Shown: positions 9,750 through 20,881, numbered from the stretch's first letter. The stretch is 64,000 nt of DNA from an uncultured bacterium (GCA_963827235.1 CAWHAE010000016.1:736001-800000); one strand, 5' to 3'. Notes: generated from the sequence alone by a model not told the origin. A program made the numbers and translations.

Positions 9750-10718
9750 TCAGGAGCCGCCGGTGGCCAAGAATCGTACCATGCTCGGATCGAGCACGAT
9801 ATCGGCATCTGCCAGCGACCGGCGCAAGTGCTCCCTCGTCAGCGGGCCGACAATTGGGATGCTCGTGTGCGGTTGGCAGGAGATGTAGGCAAGCACGATC
9901 GCTTCGAGCGAGGTGCCGAAGTCCGCTGCCAGCCGTTGAGCGCGGGCCAGGCGACGCATGTTCTCGTCGCTCTCGAAATCGCGACGCACCGAGGCCTTCA
10001 GCGATTCCGGTCCGCCCGCGGCCACCTTGGAGAAGAACCCGCGCGCCTGGCTGGTGAAAGCCAGCACGCCCATGCCGGCCTGGGCATAATAGGCAGCAGC
10101 GACGTCGTCCATGACGGCGACGTCGGCGGGAAAAGCACCGGAATTCGGCACGGCAAGGCTCCAGAATAGCTGGCTGGCGCTAAACGGCTGCAAGCCGTGA
10201 GCGGCCGCATAGGCATTCGCCTCGGCGATACGCTCAGGCTGCCAGTTCGAGCAGCCGAAGTAGCGGATTCTGCCGCTCCGCACGTGTTCGTTGAGCGCCT
10301 CGACAACTGCCTGGACCGGCTGCCGCGGGTCATCCCGGTGCAGGAAATAGAGGTCGATCGGCGCGACACCCAGACACTCGATGCTCTCCGCTAGGTCGGC
10401 CGCGATCTCCGGCGGGGTCAGCCGCGGCGTGTCCATGCTGTCCAGGAATGGATGGCCACCTTTGGTTGCCACGATTACTCTGTCCCGGCAGCCGCTCGCC
10501 CGAAGCCATTGGCCGATCATCCGCTCGCTCCGGTGCTGCTCGCCGGGCATCCAGTCGCCGTAGACGTGGGCGCTATCCAGGAACGTGCCGCCGGCGGCTA
10601 TGAAGGCGTCCAGTAGAGCGAACGAGTCGTCGCGGCCGACGCCTGCACCGAGCTCTCCGGTACCGAGGCAAATGTGAGAGACCCGCAGATCGGTTCCCGG
10701 CAGTTCAACAGTGCGCAT
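9750..10718 (-). CDS. Aldo/keto reductase
   Basis: MRTVELPGTDLRVSHICLGT, FLDSAHVYG, IDLYFLHRDDP, GRIRYFGCSNW. AAGGAG RBS before ATG 10718. Confidence 0.92.
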   Translation of the reverse strand: MRTVELPGTDLRVSHICLGTGELGAGVGRDDSFALLDAFIAAGGTFLDSAHVYGDWMPGEQHRSERMIGQWLRASGCRDRVIVATKGGHPFLDSMDTPRLTPPEIAADLAESIECLGVAPIDLYFLHRDDPRQPVQAVVEALNEHVRSGRIRYFGCSNWQPERIAEANAYAAAHGLQPFSASQLFWSLAVPNSGAFPADVAVMDDVAAAYYAQAGMGVLAFTSQARGFFSKVAAGGPESLKASVRRDFESDENMRRLARAQRLAADFGTSLEAIVLAYISCQPHTSIPIVGPLTREHLRRSLADADIVLDPSMVRFLATGGS

Positions 10719-10953
10719 GGCCAACTCCTTCTGCTGTGAGCGCCACCAAGCCGAGGCTTCCGGCTCGGCCGACGGGGCAACTGAGGTTGTAGCAGAAGAC
10801 TGAACGACATGCCAGGTGGCACCGCCATCGCGGGAAAACGCAGGAGCCGTGAGGCTTGCGCCGTCAGCGAATGCGGTGAACGGGAGGGCCGACCGAGCCA
10901 GCTCGGCGCAGGGACATCGGCAACAGAACCGTGCGCGCAGGCTTCCTGAGACC

Positions 10954-11472
10954 GTGATGTATTTCGTCCGTTTCTGCACCGGACTGCCCATCCTGGCGCT
11001 TATCTTTACCCTGTATGCCATGTACGTTCAGCTCGGACTGGTCGACTCCACCCCGGGCGTTATATTCTTCATGGTGGCCGCGGCACTGCCGTTCAACACC
11101 TGGATCATGAAGAACAACTACGACTGGGTATCGATAGATCTGGAAGAGGCAGACTGGATCGACGGTTGCTCGACGTTGGGCTCGTTCCTTCGTATACTGC
11201 TGCCTCTCTGCGACCCGAGTATCGGCGTGGTCGGTATCCTGATTTTCGTGAACGCCTACACGAACTTCTTCGTACCCTTCATCATCTACACGTCTGCCAG
11301 CAAGTGCCCCGCCTCCGTGCAGCTTTTCAGCTTCTTCCGCAGTTACGGCCCGGTGAACTACGGCCAGATCGCCGCGTTCAGCATGCTGCGCGCCCTGCCC
11401 GCCATCGTGTTCTACGCGGTCACCTCTCGCTTCCTCGCCAAAGGCATCGATAGTAGCGGAGTGAAAGGATGA
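10954..11472 (+). pseudogene. 5'-truncated carbohydrate ABC permease (MalG-like) remnant
   Basis: Only the C-terminal ~170 aa are recognisable (LPFNTWIMKN...LEEADWIDG...GVKG). The EAA loop is altered and there are no partner ABC genes nearby. Confidence 0.65.
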
Positions 11473-12488
11473 GCCCGTTCGTCGCTCTGTGGATCGGCGG
11501 TAGCCTGCTGGCCGGGTCGTTTGCCGGCCAGACCGTAATTTCCCCGGCCGTGTGCCACACCACAGTGGAGCGGTCAATCGCCCTCGCCGGGCGCGTGGAT
11601 AGCCTCGTGGCTGCGGAGCGCGGCACGGCGGTGTGGGCGCTGCTCGGAGCCCCCAGCTCACAGGTCCGGTTCCTGCCCCACGACTCCCTCGCCGTGCTGC
11701 TTGGGCAATCGGCGAAAGCCGGAGCGCTGCAGTTGCCCGCCTACATCGATGCGCCCGGTGTTGCCGCCAGCCCGGACGGTAGGTACTTGTACGCGCTGAT
11801 CGACTCGAGCCTGCTTACCATCGACAGCTCGAGCGCCACCGTGGCAGCCCGTCAGGACCTGCGTCTGCAGGCAATCGGCTGGCCGGCCGCTTTGACCGTC
11901 GGACCGAATGGTGACCTCTACCTGATCGGCCAACCGGCCGGCGCCATGGCGGCCCAAGCCTACGCCTTTCGCCCCGACTCGCAGCTCGCAGTGCGCCTGC
12001 TGTGGCGCACGCCGCTTGGACTTACGCATGCTGGAGCATGGCTGGGTCTCGCCGGGAACGGAAAGCTGGCGGTGTACTCTCCGGATCAGTCGGACGCGCG
12101 GGGAGTGGTAGGCCTGTTCGACACAGCCACCGGCATACTGCGCCGGAGCTACGCCCTGTCGATCGCGCCGGTAACGGCCAGTGCCGCCCTCAACAGGCTC
12201 TATACAGCCGGCGCAGGCGTCATCAGAGCGCTTGCGCTGGACTCCGGTGTGCCGATCGCCTTGGCAAGCGGCGACGGTCCACTCGCTGTCGGCGACCAGG
12301 GACTCGTCGCGTTCACGAGCGACGGCAAGCTGGTGCTGGCGCGGGGCGGCGACCTCAGACGCGTGCTGGCTCTTCCGTTTCCGGGAAGTGTCGCGCCCAC
12401 CGCTCTGGCCTTGCGCGGATCGACGCTCTTGGTGGGAAACCGCTTCGGCATCACACAAATACAGCTTGACAGCTGTCATCCTGCGTGA
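11469..12488 (+). CDS. Secreted beta-propeller-like protein (YncE-like)
   Basis: Signal-like N-terminus and blade motifs (VAASPDGRYLYA, LTVGPNGDLYL, VAFTSDGKLV). ATGA overlap with the upstream remnant. Confidence 0.7.
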   Translation: MSPFVALWIGGSLLAGSFAGQTVISPAVCHTTVERSIALAGRVDSLVAAERGTAVWALLGAPSSQVRFLPHDSLAVLLGQSAKAGALQLPAYIDAPGVAASPDGRYLYALIDSSLLTIDSSSATVAARQDLRLQAIGWPAALTVGPNGDLYLIGQPAGAMAAQAYAFRPDSQLAVRLLWRTPLGLTHAGAWLGLAGNGKLAVYSPDQSDARGVVGLFDTATGILRRSYALSIAPVTASAALNRLYTAGAGVIRALALDSGVPIALASGDGPLAVGDQGLVAFTSDGKLVLARGGDLRRVLALPFPGSVAPTALALRGSTLLVGNRFGITQIQLDSCHPA

Positions 12489-12651
12489 GGTCGCGCCGCC
12501 GTGACGTAACAGCGCTGCCGAACTCCAGAGAGGCCGGCAGGTGAGGGATAGTGCCGTCTCTGGTGCGCCTCGGACGTGCCTGGGTTTCCCGCGACCCATT
12601 GCACCGTTTGTGCGCGGGCGTGTTTGTGATTAGTCAGGGAAGGTGAGAACG

Positions 12652-15045
12652 ATGGCTGCCCGACTGTACATGATAGGGAATGCCCACATCGATCCCGTGT
12701 GGCTGTGGCGGTGGCAAGAGGGGTGTGCCGAGGCCATCGGTACCTGTTGGGCAGCCGTCGACCTGCTAGACGAAGAGCCCGGCGTGGTGTTCACGCGGGG
12801 CGAGGCAGTGATCTATCGCTGGATCGAAGAGCTCGACCCGCTGCTTTTCGAGCGCATCCGCGAGCTCGTGCGCGAGGGACGCTGGGCGATCGTCAACGGC
12901 TGGTGGCTGCAGCCCGATTGCAACCTGCCCGACGGCGAAGCGTTCCTCCGCCAGGCGTTATACGGAAAACGGTACTTCCGCGATCGCTTTGGAGTGGACG
13001 TGCAGGTCGGCTACAACGTAGATTCGTTCGGACATGCCGCGACGCTGCCCATGCTCCTGCGCCACTCCGGGTTCAGCTACTACGTGTTCATGCGGCCCAT
13101 GCAGCACGAGCACGCCCTGCCCGCCAGTCTCTTCACCTGGGTCGCCCCGGACGGTTCCGGCGTCGAGGCGTTCCGCATACCATTTTCCTACAACACTCCC
13201 GGCTCCACGGAAGCCATGGCGGAAAGACTGGAACGCCTGCAAGCCAAGGCCGATCAGGAGGGCTCGCCGCTCATGGGCTTCTACGGTATCGGCAATCATG
13301 GCGGTGGCCCGACCATGAAGGATATCGGCGCGATAGCACGCGCCCGGGCTGAGGGACTCGACGTCGAGTACGCCGACCCGCTGCGCTATTTCGAGACGGT
13401 TGCCGCGCAGCCACGTCCCGAGATTCGCGACGAGCTGCAGATCCATGCCATCGGCTGCTACTCGGCTGTCTCCTCGCTGAAGGCACTGAACCGACAGGCG
13501 GAGGCCGCCCTGGCTCAGGCAGAGGCGGCAGCCTCCCTGGCGACGCTGCATGCGGGTGCTGCCTATCCACGAGCGAGTCTGCTTCGGCTCTGGGAGATTC
13601 TGCTGTTCAATCAGTTCCACGACATCCTCTGCGGCTCGAGCGTGCCGAGCGGCTGTCGCGATGCCGAGCAGGCGTTCGGCAGCGTGATCCAGGGCGCCGA
13701 GGCGATCCTGAACGCGGCCACTCGCCGCCTGGCAGCCACCGTGGCGCCCGGCCCCGATCCCACGGATGCCGCGTTCCTGGTGTTCAATTTCACCGGCGCC
13801 GAGCGTAGTACCGCCGCGGAGTACGAGCCCTGGACGACCTGGGAATCGTCCCACTATCAGCTGCTGGACGACACCGGCACGCGGGTTGCCCACCAGGAGC
13901 TCCACGCGGAGAACTTCACGCACGCGGGCCAGCACCGCATTCTCTTCGTACCCACGTTGCCGGCGTTCGGCTACCGCCTCTACCGCTTTGCCAAGGTCGC
14001 GGCTGAGCAGGGAGTATCGTCGAGCCTTCACGTGGATACCTCATCTCTGGAAAGCGCGGCCTGGCGCCTCGAGATTGACGAGCGGACGGGCAGCATCGCC
14101 GCGCTGACGGACAAGCGCAACGGGCGGTCAGTGTTCTCCGGCGCCGCACACCTGCCGCTGATCGTGGCAGACCGATCGGACACTTGGAGTCACGACCTCG
14201 ATCGCTTCGGCCTAGAGGGTGCCGGCTTCACGCGCGAGCATACCGAGATACTCGAGCACGGGCCCATGCGCGCCGCCATCCGCGTGCGCGCCCGCTGCGA
14301 CGACTCGACGATCACCAGCACCTACTTGCTCTACGACGACCCGGGACAGCCACTGGAGATCCGCGTCGACGTCGACTGGCACGGCCAATACCAGCTCCTC
14401 CGGCTGGGCTATCCGCTGGCTCTGTCCTCGCCGGCCTTCCGCTACGAGGTGCCGTACGGCTCGATCGAGCGCCCGGATGACGGGAGCGAGAAGCCCGGAC
14501 AGCGCTGGGTGCTGGTCACCGGGGGCGACGGCTACGCTCTCAGCATTGCCAACGACGCCAAGTACTCGTATGCCGCTAAGGATGGCACGTTGTATATCAC
14601 TGCGCTTCGCTCGCCGGTCTACGCGCATCACAGGCCGGTGCAGCTGGACCCGGATGCCGAATATCCGTTCACTGACCAGGGCAAGCAGCACTTCGTGATC
14701 CGGCTGCTGGCCGGCCCGAACCTGGATACCTCGCGTGCACGTCGTTTGGCCGACGAGCTGATGCGTCCTCCGGTGGCGACGCCTCACGTATCGCGGACGG
14801 GCTCGCGCCCGTACAGGGCGAGCCTGCTCGAGGTGAAGACAGACAGCGGCAGCGTGACCTGGCTCAAAATGGCAGAGGACGCCGACGACCTTGTCCTGCG
14901 TATCCTCGAGCACGAGGGCAGGACCGGCACCGTCGAGCTGCCCGGCGAAGTGGATCGGCACACTGTGCGGCCATACGGCTTGCTCACACTGCGCAGGGAC
15001 GGTCGGGGTCGCTGGGTCGAGACCAACGGCATGGAGGAGGCCTGA
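12652..15045 (+). CDS. Alpha-mannosidase, glycoside hydrolase family 38
   Basis: IGNAHIDPVWLWRW, NVDSFGH, YGIGNHGGGP, LFNQFHDILCGS motifs. Alternative GTG start 12643. Confidence 0.93.
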   Translation: MAARLYMIGNAHIDPVWLWRWQEGCAEAIGTCWAAVDLLDEEPGVVFTRGEAVIYRWIEELDPLLFERIRELVREGRWAIVNGWWLQPDCNLPDGEAFLRQALYGKRYFRDRFGVDVQVGYNVDSFGHAATLPMLLRHSGFSYYVFMRPMQHEHALPASLFTWVAPDGSGVEAFRIPFSYNTPGSTEAMAERLERLQAKADQEGSPLMGFYGIGNHGGGPTMKDIGAIARARAEGLDVEYADPLRYFETVAAQPRPEIRDELQIHAIGCYSAVSSLKALNRQAEAALAQAEAAASLATLHAGAAYPRASLLRLWEILLFNQFHDILCGSSVPSGCRDAEQAFGSVIQGAEAILNAATRRLAATVAPGPDPTDAAFLVFNFTGAERSTAAEYEPWTTWESSHYQLLDDTGTRVAHQELHAENFTHAGQHRILFVPTLPAFGYRLYRFAKVAAEQGVSSSLHVDTSSLESAAWRLEIDERTGSIAALTDKRNGRSVFSGAAHLPLIVADRSDTWSHDLDRFGLEGAGFTREHTEILEHGPMRAAIRVRARCDDSTITSTYLLYDDPGQPLEIRVDVDWHGQYQLLRLGYPLALSSPAFRYEVPYGSIERPDDGSEKPGQRWVLVTGGDGYALSIANDAKYSYAAKDGTLYITALRSPVYAHHRPVQLDPDAEYPFTDQGKQHFVIRLLAGPNLDTSRARRLADELMRPPVATPHVSRTGSRPYRASLLEVKTDSGSVTWLKMAEDADDLVLRILEHEGRTGTVELPGEVDRHTVRPYGLLTLRRDGRGRWVETNGMEEA

Positions 15046-15276
15046 CGGCACTTGCCCGGGCTTGGGCAGGCCGGCGACGCTCGGCGTTGGCTGTCGCCGG
15101 CCCGCCCGGGTCTGTGCTCACCGTCGGCGAATACGCGGCGCTTGGGCGGCAGGCCCCGGTCAATGCGCGGCTGATCCCAGGCGGCCACAACTTGCAGAGG
15201 GCAACGCTGGACCGAGCTATCGCAAGCCTGAGATCGAATCGCCCGATGTGCGGCGAGGTCACGCCGCCGGCCTATA

Positions 15277-15753
15277 TCACGGCTCGCTAGCCTCCTGCAC
15301 GCTTGCCGCCTCGGCCTGCAGCCGCTTGCCCAGCTCAGTGAACTGGGCCTCCTGATCCGTTTCGATCGGCCGGTCCGGCAGGGCAACGTGGCGCAGCAGG
15401 CGCAGGATCTCGAGCTGTTGCTGATTGATCTGGAACAGGAAGTCTACTTCGCGTGCCTCCAGATCGTCGCGCAGATGGTCCTTCTGCGCCTGCCGGTTCT
15501 GGCTCATCATGATAATGGGCGCGGCGTATGCCGCCTGCGTCGAGAAAAGCAGGTTGAGCAGGATGAACGGGTAGGCGTCCCAGTGGTTGATGAAGCCGAC
15601 CAGATTCAGCGCTATCCAGCCCCCGACAAAGAAGCTTTGGATGATGATGAAGGGCCACGAACCCATGCTGTTGGCGATGCGGTCCGCCGCTCGCTGGCCA
15701 AACGTGCCCGGTGCATGTATGTGCTCACGCGAGTGTGATCGATGCGCCGCCAT
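15277..15753 (-). CDS. DUF1003 membrane protein
   Basis: TFGQRAADRIANSMGSWPFI...WDAYPFILLNLLFSTQAAYAAPIIMMSQNRQ signature. Confidence 0.9.
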   Translation of the reverse strand: MAAHRSHSREHIHAPGTFGQRAADRIANSMGSWPFIIIQSFFVGGWIALNLVGFINHWDAYPFILLNLLFSTQAAYAAPIIMMSQNRQAQKDHLRDDLEAREVDFLFQINQQQLEILRLLRHVALPDRPIETDQEAQFTELGKRLQAEAASVQEASEP

Positions 15754-16055
15754 CTACGCCTCCACTTCAGGTCGCACAGGCATCCTTCAACGGCGTGCTG
15801 CTGCACACTGCCTAGCGTAGCACGTCCGGCGCCGGACACCGGTCCGCGCCGCCGTTCCCTGGCAGTGCCGCGCGGAGCTGGGGCGTCTCCCAGGAATCCG
15901 GCACGCACACATGCTCACCGGCCGGCGATGCTCCCGGCACCATGCCGGGATGCCCTCACGCCGAGGCCTCGGGCCAAGTCGCCTCAGCACGCCTGGCGAC
16001 GCCGCAAGGTGCCACGGTCCGGTGAGCGCGGTCCCGCTGCGACAGGCCGCGCCAC

Positions 16056-17741
16056 TCAGCGCAGGCGATAGACCCGCGCCTCGTACGGCCGTAGCGTGAT
16101 CTGCCGCACGCCCGTCTCGCCGGCCACCGGATAGTTGGCAATCAGCAGCTCCGCGCCGGTCTCCGGAAGGTCGGCAGGCAACACGAACAGCGGCGTGCCT
16201 GCCGTGAAATTCAGAATGACAAGCAGGCGATCGTCCTCCAGCGTGCGCGTGAACGCGTAGATCGCGGCATCGTCGTCGAGGATGAGCTGGTAGCGCCCGG
16301 ACACGATGACGGGATTGCTCCTGCGCAGCCGGATAAGCTGCCGGTAGTAGTGATACACGGAGTTCGGATCGCCGACAGCCTGCTCGACGTTGATCTCCGT
16401 GTAGCGCGGGTTGACCGCGATCCAGGGTGTGCCGGTCGTGAAGCCGGAATTGGCGTTCCCGTTCCACTGCATGGGCGTGCGAGCGTTGTCCCGGCTCCGG
16501 CGATGAACCAGCTCCATGGCAGATTCCCGGTCCATTCCTTCGTCGTCCACCAGCTCGCGGTACGCGTTCCGGGTTGCGATATCGCGGTAATCCTCGATTG
16601 AGGGGAACGCCACGTTGGTCATGCCGATCTCCTCGCCCTGGTAGACATACGGTGTGCCCTGCAGCATGTGCAGGAACGTGCCCAGCAGCTTGGCGGACTG
16701 CACGCGGTAGGTGCCGTCGTCGCCGAACCGCGATACCTGCCGCGCCTGATCGTGATTGGACAGGTACTGGCTGTTCCATCCCCTGCCATAGAGTGCATTT
16801 TGCCAGCGCGTCATCACCTGCTTCAGCTCGAGAAGATCCCAGCGCCGCCAGCTCCAGCGCGCCGGAAACGCCGGATCGTTGTCGAGCTGCATGTGATCGA
16901 ACTGGAACACCATGTTGAGCGGCCCGCTCTCTTCGTCGGTAAGCTCCACCGCCTGTTCGGTAGTCACCTCTGCCGCTTCTCCAACCGTGATCGTGTCGAA
17001 CGCCGACAGCGCCTCCCGCTTCATCTCGTGGAGATACTCCAACAGCCGGGGTCCGTGAATATAGCGGGAGCCCGCGGGCTGGTAGCGATCCTGGACCACT
17101 ACAGGCGCATCCGGGAGTCCCGGGGTCTTTGAGATCATGGTGATGGTGTCCATGCGGAAGCCGTCGACTCCCTTCTGCAGCCACCATCGCATCATCGCGA
17201 ACACCGCTCCGCGAACCTCCGGATTCTCCCAGTTCAGATCCGGCTGCCTTGGTGAGAAGAGGTGAAGATAATATTCGCCGGTCAGCTCGTCGTAGGCCCA
17301 GGCGGAGCCGCCGAAGTTGGACCGCCAGTTGTTGGGCTCGCGCCCATCGCGGCCCTGCCGCCAGATGTAGAAGTCGCGGTACTGGCTATCCTTCGATCTC
17401 CGCGCCTCGACGAACCACGGGTGCTCGTCGGAGGTGTGATTGACCACCAGGTCCATGACCAGCTTGATGCCGCGCGAGTGCAGCCCGGCGAGAAGCTCCT
17501 CCCAGTCGGCCAGAGTGCCGAACTCGTCCATGATCGCCTGGTAGTCGCTGATGTCATAGCCATTGTCGTCATTGGGCGACTTGTAGACCGGCGAGAGCCA
17601 GACCACGTCTATGCCGAGATCCTGCAAGCAATCGAGCTTCTGTATGATTCCGCGCAGATCGCCGATGCCGTCGCCGTCGCTGTCCATGAAGCTTCGAGGA
17701 TAGATCTGGTATACGACGCTGCTCTTCCACCACTGCTGCAC
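16056..17741 (-). CDS. GH13 alpha-glucosidase / oligo-1,6-glucosidase (MalL-like)
   Basis: WWKSSVVYQIYPRSFMD, DLVVNHTSDEH, QPDLNWEN, GFRMD, LSNHDQ, SRDNARTPMQW. GTG start 17741 after GGGAGAG. Confidence 0.95.
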   Translation of the reverse strand: MQQWWKSSVVYQIYPRSFMDSDGDGIGDLRGIIQKLDCLQDLGIDVVWLSPVYKSPNDDNGYDISDYQAIMDEFGTLADWEELLAGLHSRGIKLVMDLVVNHTSDEHPWFVEARRSKDSQYRDFYIWRQGRDGREPNNWRSNFGGSAWAYDELTGEYYLHLFSPRQPDLNWENPEVRGAVFAMMRWWLQKGVDGFRMDTITMISKTPGLPDAPVVVQDRYQPAGSRYIHGPRLLEYLHEMKREALSAFDTITVGEAAEVTTEQAVELTDEESGPLNMVFQFDHMQLDNDPAFPARWSWRRWDLLELKQVMTRWQNALYGRGWNSQYLSNHDQARQVSRFGDDGTYRVQSAKLLGTFLHMLQGTPYVYQGEEIGMTNVAFPSIEDYRDIATRNAYRELVDDEGMDRESAMELVHRRSRDNARTPMQWNGNANSGFTTGTPWIAVNPRYTEINVEQAVGDPNSVYHYYRQLIRLRRSNPVIVSGRYQLILDDDAAIYAFTRTLEDDRLLVILNFTAGTPLFVLPADLPETGAELLIANYPVAGETGVRQITLRPYEARVYRLR

Positions 17742-17759
17742 TGGCACTCTCCCAAATGC

Positions 17760-17773
17760 GTTGAACGCTTCCA
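17760..17773 (-). promoter_or_regulatory. Possible LacI/cre-type operator
   Basis: TGGAAGCGTTCAAC on the minus strand, about 20 nt before the GH13 start. It resembles TGNAANCGNTTNCA but the match is imperfect. Confidence 0.35.
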
Positions 17774-18764
17774 GAACTGCTCTGATGGCGCGCCGGCAGG
17801 CCTGCGCGCCAAACCGCCGCTCCATGCGAGCTACAGCGAGGCACGATTCGCCTCTGGAGCGCAACGCCACTACGTCATGTTCCCGACACCTGGCCCGGCT
17901 TGCTGAGCAGCCCGAACGTGCATACACATGCATTTGGCGGGCGGGGCGCCGTTCGCCAAGCCATTCTCGACGCCCTCCGGCGTGCCGGCGCTAACCCGGT
18001 CCGTCCAGGCCCGAGCACACGTCATGAGCCCGGCCCGGTTCGCAGACAGCCTGCAACGTCGCGTCGACTGCACATCGGCCCGGCTCATGGTGCACCGTCG
18101 AACGCCGCCAGGAAACAGCGCAACATTAATCCTGTGCCCAGTGTAGCCGACCCCGGGCCACACCGGGCATACCGGCGCAGCGCGCGAGCGCGAGCACACG
18201 CGCCGTACGCCAACCCGCTGCCCAGGCGATCCGTGGCCGGCAACCCTCTCGAAGCCGCTGGCTAATAGACGGGAAGCACCAGGTTTCACTGAGCATCTCG
18301 CCCCTACACAGACTGCACGCAGGACTCCCTCGCTCCAGGCTCTGAGAGCGCCCCGTGTCCGTTGATTCTCACCGTGCGACCGCATGGAACGGCTCAGATC
18401 CCCGACCCACGCGCGCTGCTCGATGGCCTTTTGGCGAGCTGCCCCGGTTTCCATCAACTATTGCGACCACGAACACGCCAGGATCTGTGCCGCTGCCATG
18501 ACGTGCCCGATGTCCCGGTGCATGTATACAGCTTCCGCCACTCGGCCCCCGGACGTGCGCGGCCATGTCCCGTGCAATACCATTCAGAAAGGCAGGAGAT
18601 CCAGCCGATCGCGCCGCGCCGCACGCGGATGCCGCCCCCCGGCGACATCCGGCCCGTCGTCGGGGCCGTGCCTGTTGCTAGCCTGTCTGAGCATTGTGGC
18701 ATCCAGCGCCGTCCAGGCCGTCATCGAGCTGCGGCCGCCTGCGCACGAATATCCGGAGGGATAA

Positions 18765-19103
18765 ATGGCAAAGCCTGAGCTGGAGTTTCACCGGCCGAGC
18801 GGCGAATGGGTCGCGGCAAGCGTTGACGTGCCCGGCATCTGGACGCAGGTACTCGCGGAGGATGCTCCCTCTGGCGCATACACAGGCTTGCAGCGCTATG
18901 ACCCTGGAGTGGACACCGGTCCGCTGGGCGTGCGTGTACACGATTACTGGGAGGAGGTCTACATCCTCGAAGGAGACCTGACCGATCTCAGTCTCAACGC
19001 CACCTTCACCGCCGGAATGTATGCCTGCAGGCCGCCCGGTATGCCGCACGGACCATGGCGGACCGCGCATGGCGTGACCATGCTGGAGGTCCGCTACAGC
19101 TGA
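18765..19103 (+). CDS. Cupin-domain protein (ChrR-like cupin)
   Basis: HDYWEEVYILEG...GMYACRPPGMPHGPW cupin metal motif. GGAGGG RBS. Confidence 0.88.
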   Translation: MAKPELEFHRPSGEWVAASVDVPGIWTQVLAEDAPSGAYTGLQRYDPGVDTGPLGVRVHDYWEEVYILEGDLTDLSLNATFTAGMYACRPPGMPHGPWRTAHGVTMLEVRYS

Positions 19104-19379
19104 GCGCCGGGTTGCCCCTGTCGGCAAGAATCAAGACGGCAGTCCGCGGCCGGCCCGTCCCCTCCACCCTCGCGGCTCCAGGCTAGTGCCCATCTGCACT
19201 GAATGGCGGCTGGCAGGTTTCTGCCGGTCTGTCAGCACCGAAGGGCTGCACGCTCTGCAACCGCACTCCGCTCTGGCGCTGGCCCGGCAGCGCCAGAGCG
19301 GCCGATGAACTACAGCTCGCGCTCCACACCCGGGCGCGGGTTGTATCCAGGATGCGACATGAATGGCGTTGGCGGGTTT

Positions 19380-20417
19380 CTAGGCGCCCGGCGCCGCTCC
19401 GTCCGTCAGGCCATGCTCGTGCATCAGCGCCTCGACCTCTTCCACGGTCACGCTGTCGGGCGGCAGTATCACCTCCGAGGTCACCACCTCGCCGGTGCCG
19501 ATGCTCTGCCCGCGCGTCTGCACCAGCGCGATCATCTGCCCCAGCAGCGCGTGGACCTTCGCCCCATCACGCGAGTGTACGGCGTCGGTCAGCTGGTGGT
19601 CGAGGGCGTGCAGATCGTCGACTTCTGCCTGTGCCAGGCGATATTGCCCGCTGCCCTGTACCCGCACGACCAGGCCCGGCGTGACAGCCGCGAGCTGCTT
19701 GGCGGCAGGCGCGCCCTGGCCGAGTTGCGCTTTCAGCGCGGCGAGCTGAGCATCGACGTCGCTGCTCGCCGACAATTGATCGAGCTGAGCCTGCACGTCG
19801 TCTCCGGTCGACGTCAGCAGGTCGGGCAACGTGCCGGCAGCCGTCAGTTCGCCGATGGCGTTCGCCCGTGCCTGCATCGACTGCGTCTTGTCCTCGGCCC
19901 TCTGGATAGCCGAGTTGACGTCGGCCATCTCCTCCGAGAGCCCGGACGCCGCTTCGCTGATGCGTACCTGGGCCTGAGCGGCCGTGTACTGCGCCTTGAT
20001 CGTTTCCTTGTGGCTGTTGAACGTCTGAATCTTCTCGTCCAGCCTCTGCGAGCCGGTCTGGAGCTGCTCCTGCTGGCTCTGCAGCGCGTCGATCTGGGTC
20101 TGCATGCTCTGTAGCTGCTGCGCAGCATCAGCCTTGCGAGAAAGTGCGAGACGAGCGAGGTCCTCGCGGTTGGCCGCCAGGGCCTGGCGGGCCTGCGCAT
20201 CGAACTTGCTCGAATCCTGCTGAAGATGCGCGAGTTGGATCTGCAGGCCTGCCTTGGCCGCCGCCACGTCCACGATGCCCGCCCGCACCTTTCGCTGCTG
20301 CTCGAGCAGCTGCTCGTACGAGTAGTCGATCATCTCGTTCGGGTTTTCCACGGCGTCGAGCGTTGAGTTCATCTTGGCTTTGAAGATCGAAGAGATACGG
20401 CCCAACGTGCCTGCCAT
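19380..20417 (-). CDS. pspA: PspA/IM30-family protein fused to a C-terminal PspAA-like domain
   Basis: N-terminal amphipathic helix (LGRISSIFKAKMNSTLDAVENP) and coiled coil to DVDAQLAALKAQL, then an extra ~90 aa VRVQGSGQYRL...LHALD...SEVILPP. GGAGGG RBS. Confidence 0.9.
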   Translation of the reverse strand: MAGTLGRISSIFKAKMNSTLDAVENPNEMIDYSYEQLLEQQRKVRAGIVDVAAAKAGLQIQLAHLQQDSSKFDAQARQALAANREDLARLALSRKADAAQQLQSMQTQIDALQSQQEQLQTGSQRLDEKIQTFNSHKETIKAQYTAAQAQVRISEAASGLSEEMADVNSAIQRAEDKTQSMQARANAIGELTAAGTLPDLLTSTGDDVQAQLDQLSASSDVDAQLAALKAQLGQGAPAAKQLAAVTPGLVVRVQGSGQYRLAQAEVDDLHALDHQLTDAVHSRDGAKVHALLGQMIALVQTRGQSIGTGEVVTSEVILPPDSVTVEEVEALMHEHGLTDGAAPGA

Positions 20418-20881
20418 CGCACCCTCCCTGCAACTGAACTACGGTGTCCTAATGCGCTTGGGTTCCTGCCGGACCGGACGGGCGACGCGCAACATCGCCG
20501 CCATGTCCCCAGTGTACGGTAGTCCGCGGCTTCCGCACCTGTTCGCTGCCGGCCGGAGCAGTTTCTCTACGCCGGCAGCGTACTCCCTATCTCCTTAGCC
20601 GAGCGGCAGAATGATCTCACACACCGTGCCCTCGCAGCATCGGCAAGAAAGAGATCGCCTGCGGAGTGCACTGCAACTCCATCGGATCCTGCCGGCCTGG
20701 CCGCCGCTCACCCGCGCCACGATGTGATCCCCCGTGATGCCGCGCGTCCCATACGGCGCTTCGTCGGTGACCCGCCAGAGCAGCATGCCATTCTGATCGT
20801 GCTTGTCTCTCGAGGTGACCGGCGCGGCGGCAATACTCAGGCGCGTTGAGCTACCACTACGACTACGGACGAAGGTGGCCC

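Noticed and set aside
17780-18760. 1-kb gap with several short ORFs
   Set aside because: No ORF has a recognisable motif or RBS, and I found no convincing RNA structure.
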